From the IMG/VR virus record IMGVR_UViG_3300020112_000420, positions 1 to 64,000 of that record: 64,000 nucleotides of DNA; one strand, 5' to 3'. The notes under the pieces are model-generated. The model saw only the letters and a program-made list of their open reading frames with translations, was not told the origin of the DNA and made no database searches. Position numbers and translations under genes: made by a program. Positions 1 to 9,275 of the stretch are shown here, piece after piece (the first letter of the stretch is position 1; each line of letters opens with the position of its first letter). Source of the DNA: a virus. Taxonomy: Duplodnaviria; Caudoviricetes.

Positions 1-11
1 ACAAGGCGTAT

Positions 12-2537
12 GTGCTGTCGCACGGCGCGGTCAGCACGAGCGGCGTGACGAACATTGTCACCAACGTCGTCAACAAGGCGTACATGACCGATGCTATTGA
101 CAGCGAGTATATCGGGAAAAACTACGGCAACGTTCTTCACGCGAACCTTTCGGGTTCTTCCTATGTGCTTTCGGAAGGTTGGGAACGTTCGCTGAACGTC
201 ATTACGAACGGTAGCCCCGCGTTTTGCAAGGTGGGAAATCAGAACTGGACTCGGTTGGAGTATTGGTATCGGTCGGTTTACGATGGCAGCCCGAGTTATG
301 TGGGTCAGTTCTTCGGATTGCAGTCGGGCGCGTACAATGCCACTTCGGTTATAGTCACCGTTTTGCCGAACGTCGGAACGGGCGTGAGTATTTCCAATTT
401 TCTGTATCAGCAGAAACTTGAGAGCGGAACGAACATCAAGACGATTAACCACCAAAACATCCTCGGAAGCGGAAACATAAACATTGAAGGTGGTGGCGGC
501 GGGTCTGCGGACTTCTACGACTGGAAAACGAACAGGACGGTTGTCGCAGGAAGGTTCGCGCAGTCGCAGGGCGATGCCGTCGCGCTAGGCGTTGACGCAA
601 AGGCAAAGACGAATTACGGAGTTGCTGTCGGTGCTAACGCTAACGCATCGTCGAACTGTGCGATTGCAGTTGGCCTTAATACGCTTGCGAAGAACTACGG
701 CATGGCAATCGGTTGCGGAGCAAAGGCGACGAACGACAATTCGATTGCGCTTGGCAGACAGGCGAACTCTCATGGCAACGGCACTTTCAACATATCCGAC
801 TACAACAATCTCGGACTTAACGGAGTCTATGTCGGAGACAAGAGCATGACTTCGCTTATAGACCACAAGCGCGACAAGACAGATTTAGGCGTATATATGT
901 CATCTCGCATATATTCATATCGAGCGGATGACCCGTCTTTATACACTGCGTTGACTAACGCGAGGCCAACCGTACATTATGTCGGAAGCAATGAATGGAT
1001 AGTTGATGAGCCGATGCTTGGCGGCTGGAACCTTCCTTCATCTGCGACGGGCGACGAATACGCCACCAGCCTCGTATTCACGGCAGTAGATTCATCGGGG
1101 ACTAAGTTTGAGCCGTGTACTATTTCGTTCGTTGACACTCCGCCAACACAAACCGCCGACATGCTGGCTCGAACGAGCGAGGTGTATGTGGCCGTGAGCG
1201 GCCTCGCGGCGACGCAGACTGTTCATACGACGAAACTTAATGATGTGTTGATAGGAGATAGATTTTCTGGATATCTGTATTTTCCGTCGTTCACGATGCG
1301 AGGCGGAAGCACTCTCGACATGTTGAACGAGTCAACGATAAACGTGGGAAGAATGGACGGAGGCACTATTAAGGTTGGAATGAGAGAAGACGGAACTGCT
1401 GGAATAGAAATCTGCCATCGTGGAGAATACTCAGAAAGTCCCGGTGACTACATAGAGATTGGTGGCACTAATGTGATGACTGCGATTAACGGCAAACAGG
1501 CGACACTTGTAAGTGGCACTAACATCAAGACGGTGAACGGCAACACGCTGCTTGGAAGCGGCGACCTTCCAATTCACGGTGAAAACTTAAAGGTAGCATC
1601 AACTGGAAGCACCACCATCAAGAGCGAACTCGACAACACCAAGACGATAGTACAGACATGGGAATCGTTCTTGGACGGCTCTAATGTCGTGTTTTCGATT
1701 ACGAACTACATCAGCGGAACATACAATCTTGACGCGGCGAAACTTCGCATCTTGGAATTGCGCGACGGAACTAACTATGTCGAGGTGTACAACTCACGCG
1801 ACGAAATCGACATGCACATCGACTACTTCCGTACAAACGACTTTGCGACCGCTCTGAACGAAAAGGCTGACAAGGCATGGGGTAAATACACTTCCGAAGG
1901 TACTGACGCTTCTTCAATCGGCTATTCCAACACCGTGTATCTGACCGCTCCAAACACTGTGTTTGCTGGCGGCATGGAGTACGAGCGCGTGTCTGTGGGC
2001 CTTGGTTCGATCTGCGTCCTCACTACGAAGGGCGCACCTACATATGCTCATGGCGAAGAGGGTACATTCAAGTTTCAGGATGACGGAGGAACAAATTACT
2101 TCGGGTTCGCCAAGTCGGACTCGTATACTCTTGGATGCGCTACGGACGGAATAAGCGTCAGCGGGAACCTTGTCACGCTAGCATACGAAGTGACGATGAT
2201 TGGAACGCCATGCATCTGGTACAAGCAGTCTCTTGCCGACGATACTCCGTGGGAGAAGTTGAACACGCCAGACGGCAATCCTATCCCCGGTGCTTCCAAG
2301 GCTGTGTCTTGGGACACCTCTACTCCAGGACATCTTGAGTGCGACATCAACTGCTCCGAGGCAAGCGGATTCTTCAAAGCAACAATCGAAGTCGATGGCG
2401 CGGCTAAGTTTATGACGAACATGCCAGCAGACCTAATGAGGGGAATCGTCTGCACAAATACATCCGCCAACAAGACTGGCGTAATCAAGCCGTCGTACAA
2501 CGGCTCTACCGTAATCTGGACTTGGAGCGAACAATGA
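12..2537 (+). CDS. Tail fibre / receptor-binding protein (5' end probably truncated by the window)
   Basis: YadA/Hep-Hag-like head repeats (AVALGVDAKA, GVAVGANANA, AIAVGLNTLA, SIALGRQANS). Two copies of the tail-fibre motif L(E/V)SGTNIKT(I/V)N..(I/L)LGSG. The frame is open upstream of position 12. Confidence 0.75.
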   Translation: MLSHGAVSTSGVTNIVTNVVNKAYMTDAIDSEYIGKNYGNVLHANLSGSSYVLSEGWERSLNVITNGSPAFCKVGNQNWTRLEYWYRSVYDGSPSYVGQFFGLQSGAYNATSVIVTVLPNVGTGVSISNFLYQQKLESGTNIKTINHQNILGSGNINIEGGGGGSADFYDWKTNRTVVAGRFAQSQGDAVALGVDAKAKTNYGVAVGANANASSNCAIAVGLNTLAKNYGMAIGCGAKATNDNSIALGRQANSHGNGTFNISDYNNLGLNGVYVGDKSMTSLIDHKRDKTDLGVYMSSRIYSYRADDPSLYTALTNARPTVHYVGSNEWIVDEPMLGGWNLPSSATGDEYATSLVFTAVDSSGTKFEPCTISFVDTPPTQTADMLARTSEVYVAVSGLAATQTVHTTKLNDVLIGDRFSGYLYFPSFTMRGGSTLDMLNESTINVGRMDGGTIKVGMREDGTAGIEICHRGEYSESPGDYIEIGGTNVMTAINGKQATLVSGTNIKTVNGNTLLGSGDLPIHGENLKVASTGSTTIKSELDNTKTIVQTWESFLDGSNVVFSITNYISGTYNLDAAKLRILELRDGTNYVEVYNSRDEIDMHIDYFRTNDFATALNEKADKAWGKYTSEGTDASSIGYSNTVYLTAPNTVFAGGMEYERVSVGLGSICVLTTKGAPTYAHGEEGTFKFQDDGGTNYFGFAKSDSYTLGCATDGISVSGNLVTLAYEVTMIGTPCIWYKQSLADDTPWEKLNTPDGNPIPGASKAVSWDTSTPGHLECDINCSEASGFFKATIEVDGAAKFMTNMPADLMRGIVCTNTSANKTGVIKPSYNGSTVIWTWSEQ

Positions 2538-3157
2538 TTGAAACGGTGCAGACATACCTTATGTACGGATGCCTAGCCGCACTTGCCGTCTTGGCCTCCA
2601 TCGTGTTCCTGTTTAGTATATGCGCTCCTACATGGGATGCCGTTCGCAGATTCTCGAAGTTGCCACGCATACAGCAAGTCGTGCTTCTTGTCGTTGCCAT
2701 TGGATTCATCCAATATGGCGCGACAAAGGGTACTTCAATATCGTTCGACGGCGGAATCAAACAAAACAACTTGCAACCATCCTCCGTGTCCAACAACACG
2801 GTAAAGATATACTGGATGCGCGATACCTCCGGCGGAGTTCTCGTTCCGTCGGACGCTCCGGTATACATCGACTATCGTCTTTCAGTCGATACGAACGGAG
2901 TATGGCAGACGCTTGGAGAGTCTACCGTCGGAGCATGGCAGTGGATTGGCGTTCTTGCAAACGCGACTAACTACGACTACAATGTCTGGGCCTACTATGT
3001 TCCGCCCGAGCCGGTGCATACGAACGGAGTATGGCTTTATAGAACGCTTGAAGATAGAAACGAAAGATATCCAATTCCGCTTCGCGCCCGTATCGAAATC
3101 AACGGCAAGGCAATCGCGACACCAAAGGAAAAGAGGAAGGACGAGGGAAATGATTAA
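2534..3157 (+). CDS. Hypothetical membrane protein (two N-terminal hydrophobic segments)
   Basis: ATGA overlap with the tail fibre stop; hydrophobic stretches LMYGCLAALAVLASIVFLFSI and VVLLVVAIGFI. Confidence 0.6.
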   Translation: MIETVQTYLMYGCLAALAVLASIVFLFSICAPTWDAVRRFSKLPRIQQVVLLVVAIGFIQYGATKGTSISFDGGIKQNNLQPSSVSNNTVKIYWMRDTSGGVLVPSDAPVYIDYRLSVDTNGVWQTLGESTVGAWQWIGVLANATNYDYNVWAYYVPPEPVHTNGVWLYRTLEDRNERYPIPLRARIEINGKAIATPKEKRKDEGND

Positions 3158-3629
3158 TCTTATTTGCGCAATTCTTGCCGTCACAAATGTGTATCGGCTC
3201 GAACTCGATACTGATACGGAAAGACTGAATCTCGTCGGAGATGACTACCAGAGACGCGAGTGCGTAATTCTATCCGTCGAACAATACGCCATGCTCACTG
3301 GCCGTCTCGACCAAGTGTGGCAGTCGTTCAACAAGACCGAGGACGGTAGGCTTAAGTTGCACGGCAAGCGCGACAAGACATATCTTTCTGACGACATGAA
3401 GGAGAAGGTTATTGTCTACTCGGATGGATTCGTCCATCGCGAAAAAGCAATCGTAAAATCAACGAATACTATAAGTCGCGTAAACATGAAGCGTCCTTCG
3501 TTCGACCGCGCGAGATTTTCCGAACGCCATGCCAATATGAAGGAGGCGATTGAACGCCGCAAGCGCGGAGAGATTAAGACGGTCACGCTCGAACATGATG
3601 CGGTAACCGGAAAGGACATCGTAAAATGA
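3150..3629 (+). CDS. Hypothetical protein with short hydrophobic N-terminus
   Basis: GAGG SD before ATG 3150; overlaps the neighbouring genes. Confidence 0.55.
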   Translation: MINLICAILAVTNVYRLELDTDTERLNLVGDDYQRRECVILSVEQYAMLTGRLDQVWQSFNKTEDGRLKLHGKRDKTYLSDDMKEKVIVYSDGFVHREKAIVKSTNTISRVNMKRPSFDRARFSERHANMKEAIERRKRGEIKTVTLEHDAVTGKDIVK

Positions 3630-4186
3630 AACTCAAAATTCTTACATTTTGCGTTTTGGCATCCGCAACTGTTCTTGCCGCTCCGTTCGTCACGCCAGCG
3701 ATGATGAAGCGCAACGGACTGACAGACGAACAGTATCAGCGCCTGTGGGACATCGGAAAGAACCCGCGCATCGACATAGGCGCGGCACGCGACTGGATGT
3801 TCCGCGCCAATCGCTACAAGAATGTGACCAACTGGCTCGACATCTGCGGCAAGGACGATGACTTCGCCGCGCTGTCCTACGACCTTCAGGACAAGAACTT
3901 CAAGTTGGACGACACGAACAAGGTGCTAAAGGCGGAGAACCGCGTACTCGTCTCGTCGAACGAAGTCCTTGTGGTTGAGAACGAATACCTCGTCGCAACG
4001 AACGCCGTGCTTGAGGTCGATGCGAAGAAGGCGCAGAAGGTTGCGAAGAACGCGGAGAAGGCGAGGAAAAAAGACCAGAAGAATTTTGAGAAGTGGGTCA
4101 GCGACACGAAGAAGGCGAAGTCGAAGTCGAGCGAGGACATGGCGGAGTTCTACGATTCCGTCCTCGAACTCGCAGGAGAGAAGTAG
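3626..4186 (+). CDS. Secreted coiled-coil protein (signal peptide; possibly lysis accessory)
   Basis: MKLKILTFCVLASATVLAA signal peptide; Lys/Ala-rich coiled-coil C-terminus; ATGA overlap. Confidence 0.55.
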   Translation: MKLKILTFCVLASATVLAAPFVTPAMMKRNGLTDEQYQRLWDIGKNPRIDIGAARDWMFRANRYKNVTNWLDICGKDDDFAALSYDLQDKNFKLDDTNKVLKAENRVLVSSNEVLVVENEYLVATNAVLEVDAKKAQKVAKNAEKARKKDQKNFEKWVSDTKKAKSKSSEDMAEFYDSVLELAGEK

Positions 4187-4259
4187 CAATGAGTCTGCGC
4201 CGTCCTACTTTCTGGGAGAAGGTCAAGATAATCTGGGGCGAAATCGTCGCGTCATTCAG

Positions 4260-4502
4260 ATGACACGCGAGAGATTTTACCAAAATGCGGCGCGTGCCGC
4301 GAAAACGAACGAGAAAGGAAAAACTGAAATGAACGAAAAGCAAAAAGAAATACTTGGAATCTGCATTGCCGGACGCAACACGCTCGACAAGCAGGAGATG
4401 ATGAACAACATCTGCGATGCGTTTGGAGTCGCCAGAGTAGAAGTGAAAATCACACCTGGTGATGTAGTTCGACTTGGAAAACAGATGATTGCAGATGCGT
4501 AG
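4260..4502 (+). CDS. Small hypothetical protein (start 4260 or 4329)
   Basis: Plausible protein composition; start uncertain. Confidence 0.4.
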   Translation: MTRERFYQNAARAAKTNEKGKTEMNEKQKEILGICIAGRNTLDKQEMMNNICDAFGVARVEVKITPGDVVRLGKQMIADA

Positions 4503-4593
4503 CGGCGCAAATGAGCGGACATACGCCAGGAACGGCAAGGAAGAGTTATGTGAGTACCGAATACAACAAGGTCTCGTAGGAGAATAACCCAAG

Positions 4594-4609
4594 TTGACCG
4601 CTTGGCTAT
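4594..4609 (+). promoter_or_regulatory. Putative late-promoter motif TTGACC-N3-TGGCTAT
   Basis: ttgaccgcttggctat, 65 nt upstream of the beta-barrel gene; one of 8 copies. Confidence 0.6.
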
Positions 4610-4650
4610 CGGCGTGGTGGTGGGAAGACCATCGCGCCGATTTTTGTTTT
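4608..4650 (+). terminator. Rho-independent terminator
   Basis: 14-bp stem atcggcgtggtggt / accatcgcgccgat (two G-U pairs) followed by ttttgttttg. Confidence 0.65.
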
Positions 4651-4674
4651 GGCAAATACAAAAGGACAGAAACG

Positions 4675-5394
4675 ATGAATATGCTACTCATGGCGGCGGC
4701 GGCGACGTTGCTGACTGTTGGAGAGACGAAGATAGAAATGCCGAATGCCGAAGCGGGGGCGTTTTTCTCATCCCGCAAGGTGGAAAGAGGCATGGTCGAG
4801 AATCCAGACCCCGTGTTTGGATGGGAAGTTGAAGTGGAATGGTATGGATTCCACGGTGGATTTGAAGCGTGTTATGACATGACCGACATCAATGGTCGTG
4901 GCGGTCGGTATAACGAATTGGCGACGACGGTTGGGTACGAATATGCGCCGTTTTCATGGTTGAATGTCGGCGCGGAGTACATTTACAAGCATGAATGGGA
5001 AGGTCACACGCAGGAAATCGAGTTTTCCGCCGAATTTCCATTGTCCTGGCTCGTTCCGTATGCGACATGGAATGTTGACGCGGACGAATGCGCGGGCGCG
5101 TTGTATGGCGTTTTAGGCATATATCGCGAATGGGAGTGGAAATACGGTTTTTCGTTGATGACCGAGGTTGGGTTCGGGTATGGCAACAAGAAGAGGAATA
5201 TGGAAGACTTTGAGTGTGGGCGTTGTGCGGCGCGTGACGTACATGCGAACTTGGAACTGTCGTGGGAGTTCCATGAAGGATTTGAGATTGTTCCGTTCGT
5301 CGGATTCTACGACCAATTCACGAAAGATGGGCGTAGCGCGTTCGACAACGGGTTTTTCGTCGTCGCGGGCGTTTCGGTTAAAGTGGGGTTTTGA
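4675..5394 (+). CDS. Outer-membrane beta-barrel protein (MipA/OmpV- or TIGR02001-like)
   Basis: Signal-like N-terminus (MNMLLMAAAATLL); alternating aromatic/hydrophobic beta strands; C-terminal Phe signature VVAGVSVKVGF; AAAGGA SD. Confidence 0.7.
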   Translation: MNMLLMAAAATLLTVGETKIEMPNAEAGAFFSSRKVERGMVENPDPVFGWEVEVEWYGFHGGFEACYDMTDINGRGGRYNELATTVGYEYAPFSWLNVGAEYIYKHEWEGHTQEIEFSAEFPLSWLVPYATWNVDADECAGALYGVLGIYREWEWKYGFSLMTEVGFGYGNKKRNMEDFECGRCAARDVHANLELSWEFHEGFEIVPFVGFYDQFTKDGRSAFDNGFFVVAGVSVKVGF

Positions 5395-5482
5395 CCTATA
5401 CTCGCTTGTCAAGATAAACAGTTTTTTTGTACATAGTTGACAACCAGAGCGGCTTTTGAGCCAAAACAAGGAAAGAAACAGT

Positions 5483-7393
5483 ATGAAAATCTGCGTTTAT
5501 GCCATAGCGAAGAACGAAGAGAAGTTTGTGGACGCATGGTTTGCTTCCATGTCGGAGGCGGACGGCATCTACGTCCTTGACACGGGTTCGACGGACGGCA
5601 CGGTGGAGAAACTGAAGGCGCACGGGGTTCATGTCGAATCATACCCGTATGCCGAAGGCGAGTTTCGGTTTGACGACGCGAGAAACCGCAGTTTGGCACT
5701 GGTTCCCGACGATTGCGATTTATGCGTTTGCACGGACTTGGACGAGACGCTGACGGAAGGTTGGAGAGCCGAGACGGAACGGCAGTTTGCGGAGGCGTTG
5801 GAGCGCAACCCGAACACGAACTGCGCGGAATACGACTATTACTACGCAATGGACGAGCATGGCAACCCCACAAGTCGGTTCAATCAGTTCAAAATGCACT
5901 TGCGCCACCATGCCAAGTGGATTTACTACTGCCACGAGGTCTTGGACTACGATGTTCCCCGCGTTTGCACGTTTATCAAGAACATACGGCTACTGCACCA
6001 TCAGGACGTAGGGAAGGAGCGGGCGAAGATGTATCTGACGCTGTTGGAGCGGCAGGCGAAGGACACGCCCGAAGATTGCCGAGCGTCGCATTATCTTGGT
6101 CGCGAATACATGTACAACGGAATGTATGACAAGGCGATAGCGGAGTTTATTCGCCATTTGTCGCTGAAGAACGGCTGGACGGCGGAGCGGGCGCAGTCCA
6201 TGCGTTTCATGGCACGGTGCTATCGAAACCTTGAAAACGCGAAGGACGCGGAGTATTGGTATGCGAAGGCGGTGGCAGAAGAGCCGACGCAACGCGAGGC
6301 GGCGGTGGAACTTTCCGAGTATGCGGCTGAAAACGGCGAGTTTGAGATATGCGCATTTGCGGCGAAGTCGGCGTTGCTTTGCACGGAGAAGACACCGATA
6401 TACCTTACGGAAGAAAGGTGTTGGGGCGCACTTCCGTATCATCTTCTGTCGGTCGGCATGTCGAACAAGGCGAACCGCGAATGGAAACCCGCCAGCATTG
6501 CGGCTTCCATCGCCTTGCGCCTCGAGCCGAACAACGAGAACTATTGGCGCAACATGATTGGGCTGAACGGACAAAGCCCCATATATCCTCCGATATACGA
6601 AGCGGAGCGTCTGACGAACGAGTGGAATGAGAAGCACCATGAGATGACATTGCCAGACTTTGGTATCTTCGACCATGTATATTGCATACACTACTTGAAA
6701 TGCAAGGTCAGAGAACCAAGAATGCGTTGTGAATTTTCGCGTATTGGACTTTGGAATAACAGTCTGTTTTCCGTTTGGGAAACAATTAGGACTCCTTGGG
6801 AAGAGAAGTTCTTGAATTGGGACAATCCTGGCGTGATTAACTTGGCGTTGCAGACGTTGAAGATACTTTTGACGGCAAAGGAAAAGGGGTATAAGCGCAT
6901 TCTTATCTTTGAGGACGATGTTTGCATGTTGAAAGACACGGGGCTTATGGCAGAAATCTTTGCCAATACGCCAGATACGGACATTGTTGTATACGACAAG
7001 TTGCCATTTATCCATCCTCAAAAGATGTCAGAAATATGTTCAAATGAAAAGTTGAACAAATGGTTCTGCCCGTGGACGAACGGCATATATTCATGTTCTT
7101 GTTATGCTCTTAACGAGAAGGCGATGGATGCGCTTATCAAGGCGTATAGTCAGAAACTCATACCGATAGACGATGCCTATCAGGGAAACGTGGTAAGCGG
7201 ACTTACGAGGTCTTTTTCCATTATCAATACGTCGGTACAATGCCTTTACATAGATTCCATGTTCCCCGAACGGTTTGGCGGCTACAATTCCAAGAATGGC
7301 TATGCGTTCCAGGGAATCGACTATTCCAGGTACAATGTACCTGACGGATATGGGTATGATGCCCCGCTTGACCCGAATGAACTGCTGAAGTAG
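5483..7393 (+). CDS. Multidomain glycosyltransferase: GT2 + TPR + GT25-like
   Basis: GT2 motifs ICVYAIAKNEE, VLDTGSTDGT, CTDLDE; TPR-like helices (ASHYLGREYMYNGMYDKAIAEF); GT25-like VYCIHY..R and ILIFEDDV in an AT-richer C-terminal third. Confidence 0.8.
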   Translation: MKICVYAIAKNEEKFVDAWFASMSEADGIYVLDTGSTDGTVEKLKAHGVHVESYPYAEGEFRFDDARNRSLALVPDDCDLCVCTDLDETLTEGWRAETERQFAEALERNPNTNCAEYDYYYAMDEHGNPTSRFNQFKMHLRHHAKWIYYCHEVLDYDVPRVCTFIKNIRLLHHQDVGKERAKMYLTLLERQAKDTPEDCRASHYLGREYMYNGMYDKAIAEFIRHLSLKNGWTAERAQSMRFMARCYRNLENAKDAEYWYAKAVAEEPTQREAAVELSEYAAENGEFEICAFAAKSALLCTEKTPIYLTEERCWGALPYHLLSVGMSNKANREWKPASIAASIALRLEPNNENYWRNMIGLNGQSPIYPPIYEAERLTNEWNEKHHEMTLPDFGIFDHVYCIHYLKCKVREPRMRCEFSRIGLWNNSLFSVWETIRTPWEEKFLNWDNPGVINLALQTLKILLTAKEKGYKRILIFEDDVCMLKDTGLMAEIFANTPDTDIVVYDKLPFIHPQKMSEICSNEKLNKWFCPWTNGIYSCSCYALNEKAMDALIKAYSQKLIPIDDAYQGNVVSGLTRSFSIINTSVQCLYIDSMFPERFGGYNSKNGYAFQGIDYSRYNVPDGYGYDAPLDPNELLK

Positions 7394-7404
7394 GGCGGTG
7401 GCGT

Positions 7405-7420
7405 TTTACCTTTGGGCTAT
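7405..7420 (+). promoter_or_regulatory. Putative late-promoter motif TTTACC-N3-GGGCTAT
   Basis: tttacctttgggctat, just after the glycosyltransferase stop. Confidence 0.5.
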
Positions 7421-7537
7421 AACTGAAATGAGGACGGTTTCAGATAGGGCGTTTGCCGCGTGTTCGGATTTGTGAGCGAATCACAACGCCCGACTCGTTT
7501 CCATGACGAAAAAAAAGGTTAGGAGCGCGTACTTAAA

Positions 7538-7891
7538 ATGACACAGAGTGAAATCGAACAATGGAAGCGGGAACGTGACATGGCTCTTCGGATTGAAGAC
7601 CCCGCGAACAGAGAAGCCGCGTTGCGCGATGTCTACAACCACCGAGACGATTTGATGATGACGTGCATTCAGCACCAGGCGGACAGGATTAAGACGGTAC
7701 TCGCGGACAGCATTTCAATGAAGGCGGACATATCCAAAATCAAGGAGGAGATGAAGCCGCTGAAGGAGTCGGACAAGGACTATCGGGAAGCGAAAATCGA
7801 AGCGCGTGGCATGGCGCGGCTGATAACGTGGGCGAAATATGCCGTGGCAATGGGAGGCGGCGCGGCCATTTTGAAACTATTGGGCGGCTGA
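7538..7891 (+). CDS. Coiled-coil protein with C-terminal membrane anchor (holin/XhlA-like candidate)
   Basis: C-terminal hydrophobic segment LITWAKYAVAMGGGAAILKLLGG; late-region position. Confidence 0.4.
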   Translation: MTQSEIEQWKRERDMALRIEDPANREAALRDVYNHRDDLMMTCIQHQADRIKTVLADSISMKADISKIKEEMKPLKESDKDYREAKIEARGMARLITWAKYAVAMGGGAAILKLLGG

Positions 7892-8230
7892 CGGCATGAA
7901 GACGGGGGCTTGTCGTGCTGAATGCGGCGATATTGGAAATCGTTGCGCTACCCGTGAGAGTTGAGACTAGAGATTGGAAGACAAAGGACGGCGGGATATT
8001 CCAAGGCGACATAGTGGATGCAAAGGGTCGGATAATCTGCGGGGCGCATACGATGACGGGTTGCACAATGGAAGCGCATAGGACGGTATGCGAAGAGAAG
8101 AAGATGACGCTTCACGCCGTGGCGCAACTTTTGAATGAAAATGCGAGACGGCGAAGATAATTAAACGATTTCGCAAAGGATTAAACGTTTCTTAAATTCC
8201 GTATGGAGAAATGAAAGGAAAACAAAAGCC

Positions 8231-8647
8231 ATGAAAAACATACTGATTAAACTGATTCCAAGTTTCATTCGCTCGATGATTGCATCCGCAATCATGGTCG
8301 AAGTCAGGGAGCGCATTGAAAAGCAGGCATTGGTTTCCTACGCGGTCAACGGAGTGGACTGGGCGATTGCAAAGAGTACGCAAAACATCAACGACGAGCG
8401 CATGACGGCGATTTGCAACGGATGCGAACTGGGTGGAGAGACGTTGCGCATTGTCGCGCTGGCTTGCAAGCCCGAAAGCGACGGAGGGCGTAAAATCACA
8501 TCCGTTGAGCGCGATGACATCGCCAAGAACATGACGGTGGCTCTTGACATGCTGATTTCGGATGATTTCATTGACAGCGTTAGCAACGTCATCGGCAACC
8601 GCGTGTGTGAATATCTAGGCATAAAGGCAATCAAGTTCGGCGCATAA
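8231..8647 (+). CDS. Hypothetical protein
   Basis: AAAGGA SD; 138 aa. Confidence 0.55.
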   Translation: MKNILIKLIPSFIRSMIASAIMVEVRERIEKQALVSYAVNGVDWAIAKSTQNINDERMTAICNGCELGGETLRIVALACKPESDGGRKITSVERDDIAKNMTVALDMLISDDFIDSVSNVIGNRVCEYLGIKAIKFGA

Positions 8648-8802
8648 TGGGCAACAAGTTCAAGGCACGGCAGAAAGCAAGGGGAGACTTCTCCAAGCGC
8701 AAGTTCGGAGTAAAGGGAAGACCTCCTCGCCGTTCCTTCAAGGACTTTGGCGACAGCGACGATTGGCAGAAGGGAAACCGTCGGCATGAAGGCAATTGGT
8801 AA
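8647..8802 (+). CDS. Small highly basic protein (51 aa, absent from the ORF track)
   Basis: TAATG overlap; MGNKFKARQKARGDFSKRKFGVKGRPPRRSF... Confidence 0.45.
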   Translation: MGNKFKARQKARGDFSKRKFGVKGRPPRRSFKDFGDSDDWQKGNRRHEGNW

Positions 8803-8971
8803 AGTGGTTCAGATTCTGATGTTTCTGATACTCATGGCGTTTGTATTCGCGATTGCGCTCTGTGTCAGCGGCGAGGGCATTTCGGAAGTCGGGGTCGGCG
8901 GCGTTCGGGAAGGCGCGTCGGCGGACGACTTAAATCATATCCCGACAAGCAACGGCAACCCATCAATGTAA
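8786..8971 (+). CDS. Small single-pass membrane protein
   Basis: MKAIGKVVQILMFLILMAFVFAIALCV hydrophobic helix. Confidence 0.45.
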   Translation: MKAIGKVVQILMFLILMAFVFAIALCVSGEGISEVGVGGVREGASADDLNHIPTSNGNPSM

Positions 8972-9005
8972 GTTGTCTTCCCGCAACTTGGGTTGCGACG
9001 TTCTT

Positions 9006-9065
9006 GCCGCCGTGCGGTTCGGGTTCTCGTTTCTGTCGCCCGTATTGTGCGGCGGTTCTTTTTCA
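9006..9065 (+). terminator. Rho-independent terminator ending the late unit
   Basis: Stem gccgccgtgcggttcggg / cccgtattgtgcggcggt followed by tctttttc. Confidence 0.6.
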
Positions 9066-9163
9066 AGAACGCAGTATAAGATACGCCTCAAGGCGTCTTA
9101 AAATGTAGGAAACAGTTTATTTTTAAGGTTGTTTATGCGGTTTTAACAAAGATAACAAATTTG

Positions 9164-9270
9164 AAAATACCCCCTTGCAAAGTCACAGCGACTCATGCTA
9201 TAATAGTGTCGTCAAGCGGGGGAAGGTGAGATTCACGGTGAGTCGAAGCCCCTCAATGACAGAAGGAGAA
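9164..9270 (+). promoter_or_regulatory. Early sigma70-type promoter P1 with structured leader
   Basis: aaaataccccc TTGCAA(9175) N18 TATAAT(9199), extended -10, downstream gtcaagcggggg. Confidence 0.75.
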
Positions 9271-9275
9271 AGACC

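Noticed and set aside
4510-4650. Riboswitch-like leader (possible gagcgg/ccgctt helix plus terminator) upstream of the beta-barrel gene
   Set aside because: It matches no riboswitch consensus I know. The 3' strand of the proposed helix lies within the late-promoter motif at 4594-4609, so upstream terminator plus re-initiating promoter is the simpler reading.
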